Shown: positions 9,940-18,000 of the stretch, piece after piece | How positions within the stretch are numbered: position 1 is the stretch's first letter | Layout: each line of letters starts with the position of its first letter | IMG/VR virus record: IMGVR_UViG_3300031951_000023 | Length of the DNA stretch: 64,000 bases | Direction: 5' to 3' (one strand) | DNA from: an uncultured virus (IMG/VR IMGVR_UViG_3300031951_000023) | Lineage: Duplodnaviria > Heunggongvirae > Uroviricota > Caudoviricetes | Program-made: the position numbers and the translations under genes | Notes under the pieces: model-generated | Databases searched by the model: none | Seen by the model: the letters and a program-made list of their open reading frames with translations, nothing else | What the model was told of the DNA's origin: nothing

Positions 9940-10140
9940 ATGAGCACCGACAGTCCGTTTTGTGAAAAAACTCTATCGGTGCTTGAAGACAAGATAGACA
10001 GACTGATAAGGCTAGACACAAAGTCTTACACATCGGGTAAGCTAGACCCTACCAGCCTGCAGCAGTTCTCTATGTTAAAAGCTTACATGAATGTCATAGG
10101 CGCTATTCTGGAGATGAGAAGAGATGAGCGATACTCTTGA
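9940..10140 (+). CDS. Hypothetical protein (paralog of 9693-9923)
   Basis: GAGGTG RBS; shared motif. Confidence 0.6.
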   Translation: MSTDSPFCEKTLSVLEDKIDRLIRLDTKSYTSGKLDPTSLQQFSMLKAYMNVIGAILEMRRDERYS

Positions 10141-11035
10141 ATTTGCACAGGGCTGGGTTAACGATCCACAAGAAGTGGAAAGCGTTGTAGCCCTACAGCC
10201 ATATAAAACATTCTCTGATACAGAAGCTGGCAGATTTACTACTGCTTCTGCTTTGCCGGATAACGTGTACCTTTGGGACGCAGCTCGTAAGGTATTGGGT
10301 AAACTGCTGCCACCACGTAGCCAGGGGAAAGTAGGAAGCTGTGTGGCTTTTGGTTGCATTAGAGCCATCGAATATACCCAGCTGGCTGAAATAGCCGCTG
10401 GAGAGAATGAAGAATTCCGAGACCTCTGCACCGAGATAAATTACGGCGGTGGACGTATCGAAGTGGGTAAAGGCAGATTAGGCAGAGGCGATGGGTCCAT
10501 CGGCGCTTGGAGTGCTGAGTTCGCCAAGCGCTGGGGTTCGCTAGATCGTGGAGTCTACGGCAAGTACGACTTCAGAGAGTACAGCCAGGAAAGGTGCCGA
10601 GCTTACGGCATGTCCGGTGTTCCAGACGACCTAGAGCCTGAAGTAAAGAAATACCCTATCAGCACTATCACGCTGGTAAAGACAACTGAAGAAGCCAAGA
10701 AAGCTTTGTCTGCTGGTTACGGTATATCCGTGGCTAGCGACTATGGCTTTAAATACACGCGTAATGCAAACGGAATATGCGCAGCTTCAGGCTCTTGGGC
10801 TCACCAGATGTGCATTTGCGGTTACGCCAAGATTGAAGGAAATACTTACTTCCGTATCGACAACAGCTGGGGAGCTACCACGCACACTGGACCCACAGGA
10901 CCGGGCAACCCCGGTCCTGAAGGGTTCTATGCTGCTGAAGCTACGGTAGCCAAAATGCTTGCACAAGGGGACTCGTTTGCTTACGCTGGTCAGAAAGGTT
11001 TCGTACCCCGTAACATTATCGACTGGTTTGTGTGA
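10124..11035 (+). CDS. Papain-like (C1A) cysteine peptidase
   Basis: SQGKVGSCVAFG (Q...C), WAHQM (His), IDNSWG (Asn). Confidence 0.85.
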   Translation: MSDTLEFAQGWVNDPQEVESVVALQPYKTFSDTEAGRFTTASALPDNVYLWDAARKVLGKLLPPRSQGKVGSCVAFGCIRAIEYTQLAEIAAGENEEFRDLCTEINYGGGRIEVGKGRLGRGDGSIGAWSAEFAKRWGSLDRGVYGKYDFREYSQERCRAYGMSGVPDDLEPEVKKYPISTITLVKTTEEAKKALSAGYGISVASDYGFKYTRNANGICAASGSWAHQMCICGYAKIEGNTYFRIDNSWGATTHTGPTGPGNPGPEGFYAAEATVAKMLAQGDSFAYAGQKGFVPRNIIDWFV

Positions 11036-11376
11036 TGTACCCATACCCAAGAACTTATCCTTCAGAGGCTGTTCAACTCATAGCCGAGTATCTATCTGGC
11101 CGTGACGACACCATAGAAAAGAAAAACGTGCTGCACGCCGCTTGGGTAATATCAGGATATACGCTAAGCAAGATATTCGGCGGAGGTCCAGCGGTAATAG
11201 GTAAAAAATTTAAAGTCACTAAACTTCCGGCCAACCCGGACAAAAGAAAAAAGTTTTTTGACGATCTGGCTAAAGCGAATAGGTATGGAACAATAAAAAA
11301 TTTTGAACAAGAGAATCCTAGTTGCTGGCATCACTTAAACGAATTAGCAGAACTGGCGCGTGCAGAATGCAGCTAA
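11035..11376 (+). CDS. Hypothetical protein
   Basis: ORF coupled to the peptidase stop. Confidence 0.6.
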   Translation: MYPYPRTYPSEAVQLIAEYLSGRDDTIEKKNVLHAAWVISGYTLSKIFGGGPAVIGKKFKVTKLPANPDKRKKFFDDLAKANRYGTIKNFEQENPSCWHHLNELAELARAECS

Positions 11377-11570
11377 ACTCTAGGTTATGGATAGACGGGC
11401 TTGTTACTCCTATAGACTCTGCTATAGCCATAAGATGGCATGACACGGCAGAAGAAAAGTCTGTTCCAGTTTTGTATAGGAACGGTAAAAGAGTTACTAA
11501 AAGATGGTTTATAAGTTTCACAGGAGGAAGAGAAGAAGACAAGGAAGGAGCTAACGCCAACACAGAATAA
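11367..11570 (+). CDS. Hypothetical protein
   Basis: ORF overlapping the upstream stop. Confidence 0.45.
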   Translation: MQLNSRLWIDGLVTPIDSAIAIRWHDTAEEKSVPVLYRNGKRVTKRWFISFTGGREEDKEGANANTE

Positions 11571-11637
11571 TTATTGCTTTGAGATAGCGTAGAACATAAA
11601 ATCCTATAAGGCATCGAGCCTTTGAGGGCGGTTAGTT

Positions 11638-11790
11638 ATGCAGAGCCAAGTCAGCAAACTAATAGCACAACTAGCCAAAGAAGCCGCAGGGCGCTGCTGG
11701 GCAGGTTACAAACCAGTCCCAGGAAAGAAGCCCTACTCTAACGACAGCTGCGCTCCAGTTAACAGCAAGCCTAAGAGCAAGAAGAAATAG
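11638..11790 (+). CDS. 50-aa basic microprotein with KxA leader and CWxGY...C module (absent from the ORF track)
   Basis: Hand translation MQSQVSKLIAQLAKEAAGRCWAGYKPVPGKKPYSNDSCAPVNSKPKSKKK; GAGGG RBS. Confidence 0.7.
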   Translation: MQSQVSKLIAQLAKEAAGRCWAGYKPVPGKKPYSNDSCAPVNSKPKSKKK

Positions 11791-11863
11791 CTCTTAGATA
11801 AAGATCACGGCAGCGCCTGTCAAAGCAAAGCAAAAGTCTTTAACGGGCACTGGCCTACAAACG

Positions 11864-12073
11864 GCGGTGATTGTTCTTCCTGTTTAGTCGAGAACGCCGA
11901 CTGGTTAGGAGCTTTAATTAGCGAGGTTTGATTGTCTGAGGTCTTCTCGTCAATCATGGTGGCGCGGCGTGGAAGCGTTCTTATTTCCGCCGCCTTCTGC
12001 GAAAGGCAGACACGGGCTTCAGGTAGGGGATCTGAGGGGACAGTTGAAACAATCACCGCTCCGCCCAACGGAG
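11864..12073. ncRNA. Candidate structured RNA (unassigned)
   Basis: Perfect 12-bp closing stem 11864-11875 / 12048-12059 around several internal hairpins, in a GC-rich intergenic gap. Confidence 0.45.
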
Positions 12074-12078
12074 GTTTC

Positions 12079-12375
12079 ATGCTGTTAGACGAAATGATGG
12101 ATAAGCTTATTAATGGACAGATGTCTACAAGCGATTTAGAAAAGGTACGTAAAGATATAAATGACGGTAAGAATATATCAAAGAAAACAATAACAGCTAT
12201 GCTGGCCGACTTGGTAGTTTTAAGGCATAATTACACAATGACTGTGATGCTTAGAGACGCGGTCAATGTCCTGATAAGATTAAAGCCATCAATCAGGCAT
12301 GAGGAAAGCGACTACAAGAAAGCAGTAAACATAATAAAGTTCCTCCAATCTGAGGCAGAAGCTTTGGGGGAATAA
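12079..12375 (+). CDS. Hypothetical protein
   Basis: GGAGGT RBS before the ATG at 12079. Confidence 0.6.
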   Translation: MLLDEMMDKLINGQMSTSDLEKVRKDINDGKNISKKTITAMLADLVVLRHNYTMTVMLRDAVNVLIRLKPSIRHEESDYKKAVNIIKFLQSEAEALGE

Positions 12376-12393
12376 AAGAGTTAGGTCAAACAC

Positions 12394-13674
12394 ATGCTGT
12401 TCAATCCGATAATAAGCAAGGAAAAGCAGGCTGAAATATCCAAGCTGTATGAACAGTCTTTGGAAAATATTGGTGAAGCAGTCGTATATATGGGTAAGGA
12501 AGCTGCTTTAAAAACTTCAGCCATGTCAGGCGAGCTCTTCGCCTCAAACGACGACTCCATACTTTTGAATGTTCCTAACGCTCTTGTCAGAGGAGCTTTT
12601 GCTGCTTTAGACGAGAACGGCATATCGTTGCCTGAGAAAGACGGCAAGTTCAACGCTCACATAGTTGTGTTCACTCCAGACGAAGTTCAAAGAATAGGCG
12701 GAATAGAAAAAGTAACAGAGCGTGGAAAGCATTTTCACTACAGCATTTCAGGAATACAAGAAGCTCAAGCGGCAAACATATTTGACTTTAGTCGAGTATG
12801 GTTTATGCCGGTGTCCAGTCCTGAGCTATCTCAGCTAAGAAGGACGTATGGGTTAGACTCAAGCCCGGGCAAACATGGATTTAACATAGTAGTGGCCATG
12901 AGGAAGATAGGAGTTCTTGGGCATAATCAAATAAAGAAAGTAGCAGCCAAGGATATACTTCCAGGAGGAGAAGCCGACAACGTTCCAGATTCAGACTTTG
13001 ACAAGAAGAAACTTGAGCACGGAAAGAAACATGAGATGGAGCACACTGAAAATCCAGACATAGCAAAAGAAGTTGCTAAAGATCACATGCTTGAAGACGA
13101 AGACTATTACAAGAAGGTAGAAGAAATAGAAAAGAAGTCTCTGGCGTCTGATGCCTTGCAGCACATGCTGGTGCATTACTCAAGAAACAAACATGATGTT
13201 TTAAAACCTCTTAGCTATGAAGAGTTAGTTGTAGATAGAACAAGCGGAAGATGGGAAGATCAACCCGATAAAGCCAAACAATATGTTAACGAAAGAAAGA
13301 AGCTGGAAGATCAGCTACGTAAGAGACTTAGGCTAAAAGGTCTTCAAGCTGATCCAAACAAATCTTTTCTTTACGCCACTATAAGCGGTAAAGAACAGTT
13401 CGGAACTCCTGGATCAATAAAACATGAAGCTCCTCTAGCCCAAGACATAATAGACAGTTCTTTTTTTGATGTAGTCGGTTTACCTAAATCAAGAACAGGC
13501 TTTGGGCAGAAAGGTCTAATGTCCGCGTTGAAGAGATGGGAACAAGCTTCTAGTAACGGCGGACTTAAAGAAACAGAATACATGGGAATGAAGATACGAC
13601 CAAGAATAGAAGTAATAACGACTAAAGAGATAAAGCCAATAAAGGCAGAGTCTAACGAATCAGAGGCGGACTGA
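12394..13674 (+). CDS. Modular protein: degenerate 2H-phosphoesterase (Acb1/57B-like) domain, DUF5661-like module and unknown domain, separated by KxA/S motifs
   Basis: NAHIVV...SPELSQLRRTYGL...GFNIVVA; LPGGEAD...EMEHT..PDIAKEVAKDH..ED..YY. Confidence 0.6.
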   Translation: MLFNPIISKEKQAEISKLYEQSLENIGEAVVYMGKEAALKTSAMSGELFASNDDSILLNVPNALVRGAFAALDENGISLPEKDGKFNAHIVVFTPDEVQRIGGIEKVTERGKHFHYSISGIQEAQAANIFDFSRVWFMPVSSPELSQLRRTYGLDSSPGKHGFNIVVAMRKIGVLGHNQIKKVAAKDILPGGEADNVPDSDFDKKKLEHGKKHEMEHTENPDIAKEVAKDHMLEDEDYYKKVEEIEKKSLASDALQHMLVHYSRNKHDVLKPLSYEELVVDRTSGRWEDQPDKAKQYVNERKKLEDQLRKRLRLKGLQADPNKSFLYATISGKEQFGTPGSIKHEAPLAQDIIDSSFFDVVGLPKSRTGFGQKGLMSALKRWEQASSNGGLKETEYMGMKIRPRIEVITTKEIKPIKAESNESEAD

Positions 13675-13675
13675 A

Positions 13676-13951
13676 ATGAACACAGATGAAATGCTTGGAA
13701 TACTGAAGAAAGGCATGACACATCTCAGAGAGATGCACAGCGAAGTAATAACGCCAGAAGCTGAAGACGCGGCGTTCTTGAAGAACATGCCCAAGCCTGA
13801 AAAGAAACTACCAGAAGGTCAGAACAAACTACACAGACTAAGAGAAGCTCTGGTTCAAGCAACACAGAAGACCAAGGGAATAAACCCAAAGGTAAAGAAA
13901 GCTTCATGGAAAGAGGCTTTTGAGTTTTTGGCCAAGATTGGAAAAGGATAA
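13676..13951 (+). CDS. Hypothetical protein
   Basis: ORF with GAGG RBS; VKKAS motif. Confidence 0.6.
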   Translation: MNTDEMLGILKKGMTHLREMHSEVITPEAEDAAFLKNMPKPEKKLPEGQNKLHRLREALVQATQKTKGINPKVKKASWKEAFEFLAKIGKG

Positions 13952-13975
13952 ACGGCTACCTGAGAGGGTATAGCC

Positions 13976-14416
13976 ATGATAACTCTATCAGACATAAGAC
14001 AAAAAACTGATTATGACTGCGGCATAGTAGCTGTAAAAATTCTGCTTAAAGCTTTAGGAAAAAGACTTACTCCTGACAGGCTAATGGCCTTGTCCACTTC
14101 TCCGATAGATGGAACAGACCCAAGAGCAATAGAGTCACTGCTAAGAAAACTAGGGCTTCATGTCCTTTCAGGCGAGATGACCTGGAACGATCTTGCTTTC
14201 TTCACACAAACAAGACCAGTCATTTGCCTGATAATGCTAAACAACGTCGGGCATTGGGTCGTTGCTTCTGGTATAAAAGACAGAAGAATGCATTACCAAG
14301 ATCCAAGCGAAGGCCCAAAGAGTCTGGGTAAAAGGAAGTGGATAGAATGTTGGAAAGACATAGACAGGCTAGGCGCGACTTATAGGCAATGGGGAATAAC
14401 CGCCTGGAAAGCTTAG
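13976..14416 (+). CDS. Peptidase C39-like protein
   Basis: RQKTDYDCG (Q...C), GHWVV, YQDP catalytic motifs. Confidence 0.8.
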   Translation: MITLSDIRQKTDYDCGIVAVKILLKALGKRLTPDRLMALSTSPIDGTDPRAIESLLRKLGLHVLSGEMTWNDLAFFTQTRPVICLIMLNNVGHWVVASGIKDRRMHYQDPSEGPKSLGKRKWIECWKDIDRLGATYRQWGITAWKA

Positions 14417-14438
14417 GAAAGGAGGTTGCAAACACCAC

Positions 14439-15125
14439 ATGTCAAGAAAGAAAAACAAAGTTGAAATAGAAACAAGACCTCAGCCTCCTGTGGATAAAAC
14501 AATAAATAAATATAACTTCACATTCTATAACGAAACTCAAAAGCTGGCCTGGGAAACTATTGAAAAGAACGACATAACATTTCTAATTGGTCCAGCCGGT
14601 TGCGGTAAAACTCAAGTAGCTTCAGCATATGCCGCAAGCAGCATACTGGGTAAAAGACAAAGAAAGATAGTTCTCACAAGACCGTGCGTAGCCACCGAAA
14701 GCCTGGGTTTTCTTCCAGGCACGGCAGATGAAAAGATAGCCCCTTACCTAGCGCCGATAATTGATTGCATGGAAATGTGCATGGGTAAAGGCGGCGTTGA
14801 TCACAAGAGAGTAATAGAATCCATAGAGTTTTCTCCGATAGCCTATCTAAGAGGAAGAACGTTTGCTTACTCAGTTGTGATATGTGATGAGTTTCAAAAC
14901 TGCACATGGGAGCAGATAAAGCTTGTTCTCACAAGAATAGGCAAAAGAACAAAGATGATAATTACTGGAGATCCGTATCAATCTGATATAGGTAGAGACT
15001 CTGGGCTTATGCCTATGGTTGAAAGGCTTCAGGGAATAGAAGGTTTGGCCGTTGTCAACATGCCTGCGACAAGCATCGTAAGGCATCCAATAATAAGCAA
15101 GATGCTTGAAAAGATAGAAACTTAA
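14439..15125 (+). CDS. phoH: PhoH-family ATPase
   Basis: GPAGCGKT, LGFLPG, YLRGRTF, DEFQN, LTRIG, TGDPYQSD, IVRHP. Confidence 0.95.
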   Translation: MSRKKNKVEIETRPQPPVDKTINKYNFTFYNETQKLAWETIEKNDITFLIGPAGCGKTQVASAYAASSILGKRQRKIVLTRPCVATESLGFLPGTADEKIAPYLAPIIDCMEMCMGKGGVDHKRVIESIEFSPIAYLRGRTFAYSVVICDEFQNCTWEQIKLVLTRIGKRTKMIITGDPYQSDIGRDSGLMPMVERLQGIEGLAVVNMPATSIVRHPIISKMLEKIET

Positions 15126-15149
15126 TTAAACAAGCAAAAGCGGCATAAT
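15122..15149 (+). promoter_or_regulatory. Cassette promoter TTAATT-N16-CATAAT
   Basis: Matches a consensus repeated at 15980, 16472, 17163, 17915 and 56439. Confidence 0.7.
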
Positions 15150-15199
15150 ACTTTGGTGTCCGTTATCCCTCGATAGCGGAAGCCAAGGAGGGCACCGCC

Positions 15200-15349
15200 A
15201 TGCTCAGGATGAGTGTTTTGCTGGCTCTGGTTATCGTTGGTCTGACTGGGTGTCAGGCAACCAGAACTCAGCCTAGTCCAGTTCGCGTCGAGCTGGACTT
15301 CTCTTACAAGGCGAGCGATGGAGAAATCCGTCTTCGCCTTTCACAGTGA
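15200..15349 (+). CDS. Small lipoprotein (49 aa; absent from the ORF track)
   Basis: MLRMSVLLALVIVGLTG|CQ lipobox; AAGGAGG RBS. Confidence 0.7.
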   Translation: MLRMSVLLALVIVGLTGCQATRTQPSPVRVELDFSYKASDGEIRLRLSQ

Positions 15350-15358
15350 GGAGGAACT

Positions 15359-15598
15359 GTGAGCAGAAAGAAAGAAGAGGCCAGAAACGACTGGCCCCGG
15401 ATGAAAGCTCAAGACGAGCTTTCCAGACAGGAGGAGGAGCAGGGTCCTCCTGTCGACCCGGTTGGTAATCCTAGCTGGGCCGAGGTCAAGATTGATCTCG
15501 ACCCCGAGGCCCCGTCGGCCTCAAGGATAATATGCCCCGTATGCTCTGTCGAGCTGCGGGTTTTTCTCCAAGGATGGAGGTGCGGTTGTGGAAAGTGA
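15359..15598 (+). CDS. Small Zn-ribbon protein
   Basis: CPVC...CGC; GAGGAGG RBS. Confidence 0.6.
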   Translation: MSRKKEEARNDWPRMKAQDELSRQEEEQGPPVDPVGNPSWAEVKIDLDPEAPSASRIICPVCSVELRVFLQGWRCGCGK

Positions 15599-15911
15599 AA
15601 GGACAGTGGACCGAGTGAGGGAAGCCGCCAAGAAATTGGCGGACTCCCTCCTCAAGAGGGTGAAGGACAGCCTTCCAGGCGCAGACGCGGACGACATCCG
15701 CGAGGCCTGGATGTCCATCCTGACGGATGGCTACGTCCAGCTCAGCCGAATTGAAAAGCGGCTGAGGTCGCGCCGTCTTCAGCGGGAGAAATACCCGCTC
15801 GACCCAAAAGCCCGACAGGGCTGGGTCGACATGACCCGCCTGGCGTTTATCGCCAGGACCAACCTCTACGCTCTTGAAGAGGTTGGAGAGAAGCTGGGAA
15901 AGTTTGAATAG
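15588..15911 (+). CDS. Hypothetical protein
   Basis: GGAGGT RBS with GTG start. Confidence 0.6.
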   Translation: MESERTVDRVREAAKKLADSLLKRVKDSLPGADADDIREAWMSILTDGYVQLSRIEKRLRSRRLQREKYPLDPKARQGWVDMTRLAFIARTNLYALEEVGEKLGKFE

Positions 15912-15929
15912 CTTTCCCAGCTTCTCAAG

Positions 15930-15972
15930 GCAGCAGCGGGATTTCCCGTTGCTGCTTTTTTTTAGCTATCAG
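15930..15972 (+). terminator. Terminator plus conserved cassette junction T8-AGCTATCAG
   Basis: GCAGCAGCGGGA / TCCCGTTGCTGC stem, T8, then AGCTATCAG. Confidence 0.85.
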
Positions 15973-15979
15973 TTTTTAT

Positions 15980-16007
15980 TTAATTCAAACTGAATACTTG
16001 TCATAAT
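15980..16007 (+). promoter_or_regulatory. Cassette promoter TTAATT-N16-CATAAT
   Basis: Consensus match. Confidence 0.7.
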
Positions 16008-16056
16008 AACTTGAAAGCATATAGGCATTGTGCCTTTTGCTATTGAGGGTCAGACC

Positions 16057-16248
16057 ATGAAAAACGGAAGGATTCTTTCAGGAGAGGAAACGCTTCCTCT
16101 TCTTGAGTCTGTTTTGGTAAAGGCCCTACAGGAGGTAAGAAGCGACCCAGAGGGGGTCGACTGTCTCTTGGGAGACAAGACGGAAGTTCTGAAGGAAGTG
16201 GTTTTCTCCACTTCCGCAGGATACTTCCGTATCCTTTTTAAGGGCTAG
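16057..16248 (+). CDS. Hypothetical protein
   Basis: GAGGGT RBS before the ATG at 16057. Confidence 0.6.
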   Translation: MKNGRILSGEETLPLLESVLVKALQEVRSDPEGVDCLLGDKTEVLKEVVFSTSAGYFRILFKG

Positions 16249-16258
16249 GAGGCCCGCT

Positions 16259-16408
16259 ATGACCAAGGAAGGTCTTTTCATTCCAGCCGCCATTCTGTTG
16301 GCGGCTTTTGTTTTTGGGCTTTTCCTTTCTTTCTGCTTGGACCTGTGCCAGGCAGAAGACTGGGAAGCAAGAATAGCAGAGGTTACAAGCCCCTGCGAAT
16401 TCAACTAA
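16259..16408 (+). CDS. Small membrane or secreted peptide (49 aa; absent from the ORF track)
   Basis: AGGAGG RBS; MTKEGLFIPAAILLAAFVFGLFLSFC... Confidence 0.6.
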   Translation: MTKEGLFIPAAILLAAFVFGLFLSFCLDLCQAEDWEARIAEVTSPCEFN

Positions 16409-16416
16409 CAAAGGCA

Positions 16417-16500
16417 GTGAGAGCGCTAAGGCGCTCATCACGTAAGTCCTTTTTTAGCTATCAGCCAGTGTTTAATTACTGCACTAATAAAAGTCATAAT
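16417..16500 (+). promoter_or_regulatory. Hairpin, T6-AGCTATCAG junction and promoter TTAATT-N17-CATAAT
   Basis: Junction at 16450-16464; TTAATT at 16472; CATAAT at 16495. Confidence 0.75.
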
Positions 16501-16563
16501 CAGATGCATAGGTATATCTACTACCCAACTGAGAGGTGTAGAGTGCCTAGTGGAGTCTTGACC

Positions 16564-17100
16564 ATGAATATGGACAACGCCTGCTACAACCAGCTTCTCC
16601 AGGCCCATGGCTGGGTCGCCTGCCGCGCTATGGCGGCTGATATCGACGCACGCCGTCGGGTGGGTCAGTTCATGGAGGCGCTGCTGACGATCTTCAGCAG
16701 CATAATCCTCCAAAAGAAAGGAGTGACCCTTCCTCCTTTCTGGTACGGGGTTCCGGAGGAGGTGAAAGTGGTCAATGACTACTTTCACCTCCTCCAGGAG
16801 GCGAACTGGTACTATCACCGAAACCGAGGGGATGGCTCCTCGGCTGCCCGATTTGTGTATTCTCACAAAACTGGAGGACCGGACGGCGCTCACCTTAGGG
16901 TGTGGTGGACTGGCTGGGCCACGGAGGGGCGGTGGGTCCAGGTGGAGGCCCATGACCACATGAGTTGCCTTTCCTGGGATACCGGGACAGGAAAACCCTC
17001 AAGGTTCTTGGGAGAGGCTTTCAGGCCTCTCTTCAAAGACGATGTTTCAACTCTCGTTGACGACTGGGGTGGTAACGTTGCCCACCCCTGCAAGGAGTAA
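16564..17100 (+). CDS. Hypothetical protein (GC-rich cassette gene)
   Basis: GGAG RBS before the ATG at 16564; the ORF-track extension to 16345 crosses the promoter and is unlikely. Confidence 0.65.
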   Translation: MNMDNACYNQLLQAHGWVACRAMAADIDARRRVGQFMEALLTIFSSIILQKKGVTLPPFWYGVPEEVKVVNDYFHLLQEANWYYHRNRGDGSSAARFVYSHKTGGPDGAHLRVWWTGWATEGRWVQVEAHDHMSCLSWDTGTGKPSRFLGEAFRPLFKDDVSTLVDDWGGNVAHPCKE

Positions 17101-17111
17101 TTTCATAGACC

Positions 17112-17190
17112 CGACCTGAGCAGGTCGTAAAACTGCTCATTTTTTTAGCCATCAGCCAATACTTAATTAATAACAAAAACACGTCATATT
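17112..17190 (+). promoter_or_regulatory. Terminator/pseudoknot, T7-AGCCATCAG junction and promoter TTAATT-N16-CATATT
   Basis: TGAGCAG / CTGCTCA stem plus T7; TTAATT at 17163; CATATT at 17185. Confidence 0.75.
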
Positions 17191-17254
17191 AATATGAATA
17201 GGTATAGCCCTCACACAACTGAGATGTGTGGGCGTGCCTATTGGGGTACAGGCC

Positions 17255-17845
17255 ATGAACAACGCTAAATTTCGGGCCCTGAAGTCAAAAATCCGCCTCA
17301 TTGGCATTGACGCGGAAAACCGCGTCAAAATCCAGCGCGAGGCAGAGGCGGCAGCCCAGGCGGCGGCGAACCTGAGGGATCTGGAGGCTGCGCGGGCCTT
17401 CGTCGTCAAGGCCGCAGCTGATGCGGCATTTGCCGAATCCTCCGTGGGCCTTCGCAAGAAGGCTGAGGCCTTAAGGACCGCCGCCTATTATGTGCGGGAA
17501 AGATGGGTCCACAGGAAGGTCTGGGGGCCATCGGCGCTGGCCCCTGCATATTCCTTCGAGGAATCTGGGGCGTACCCAGACTACCTCGCAATGATCAACG
17601 AAGCCGAGGCTCTCATCGCAAGGGCTTCAGCTTTGGAGGTTGAAGATTTCGCCAGGCTTCAAGTGCCCCCTCCTCCGGAGGGGTACTACCACCCAACCAG
17701 GAGGGTATATCGAGTGTCCCCCACCATATACATCGTTGAGACGGTAGATAACACCTACCATATCGAAATCGATGGCGGCGGTGATGCCGTCATATCGGAG
17801 GGGGAGGCGAAACGCATGTTAAATCATGCGCTTAAAAACCTATAA
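17255..17845 (+). CDS. Hypothetical Ala-rich protein (GC-rich cassette gene)
   Basis: GGGG RBS before the ATG at 17255. Confidence 0.65.
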   Translation: MNNAKFRALKSKIRLIGIDAENRVKIQREAEAAAQAAANLRDLEAARAFVVKAAADAAFAESSVGLRKKAEALRTAAYYVRERWVHRKVWGPSALAPAYSFEESGAYPDYLAMINEAEALIARASALEVEDFARLQVPPPPEGYYHPTRRVYRVSPTIYIVETVDNTYHIEIDGGGDAVISEGEAKRMLNHALKNL

Positions 17846-17851
17846 CCCCGA

Positions 17852-17942
17852 TGGGGAGTGTAGCCTAAAAGCTACACTCCCCACCCTCCGGGTTTTCTTT
17901 TAGCTATCAGCTACTTAAGTAAACGCGTATAAGCGGCATAAT
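17852..17942 (+). promoter_or_regulatory. Hairpin, T4-AGCTATCAG junction and promoter TTAAGT-N16-CATAAT
   Basis: TGGGGAGTGTAGC / GCTACACTCCCCA stem; junction at 17898-17910; TTAAGT at 17915. Confidence 0.75.
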
Positions 17943-18000
17943 CCTGTGCTGATCGCCACCTATCACTTCGGTAGTCGGTGATTTGTTAGGAGGTAGTGCC

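Noticed and set aside
11932..12078. N-terminal extension of the 147-aa ORF
   Set aside because: TTG start inside the structured region; GGAGGT supports the ATG at 12079.
11790..12078. tRNA or tmRNA gene
   Set aside because: No T-arm GTTCRA motif with a cloverleaf or CCA end found by eye on either strand.
16345..16563. N-terminal extension of the 251-aa ORF
   Set aside because: It runs through another ORF, a hairpin, the junction and a promoter; the ATG at 16564 has the RBS.
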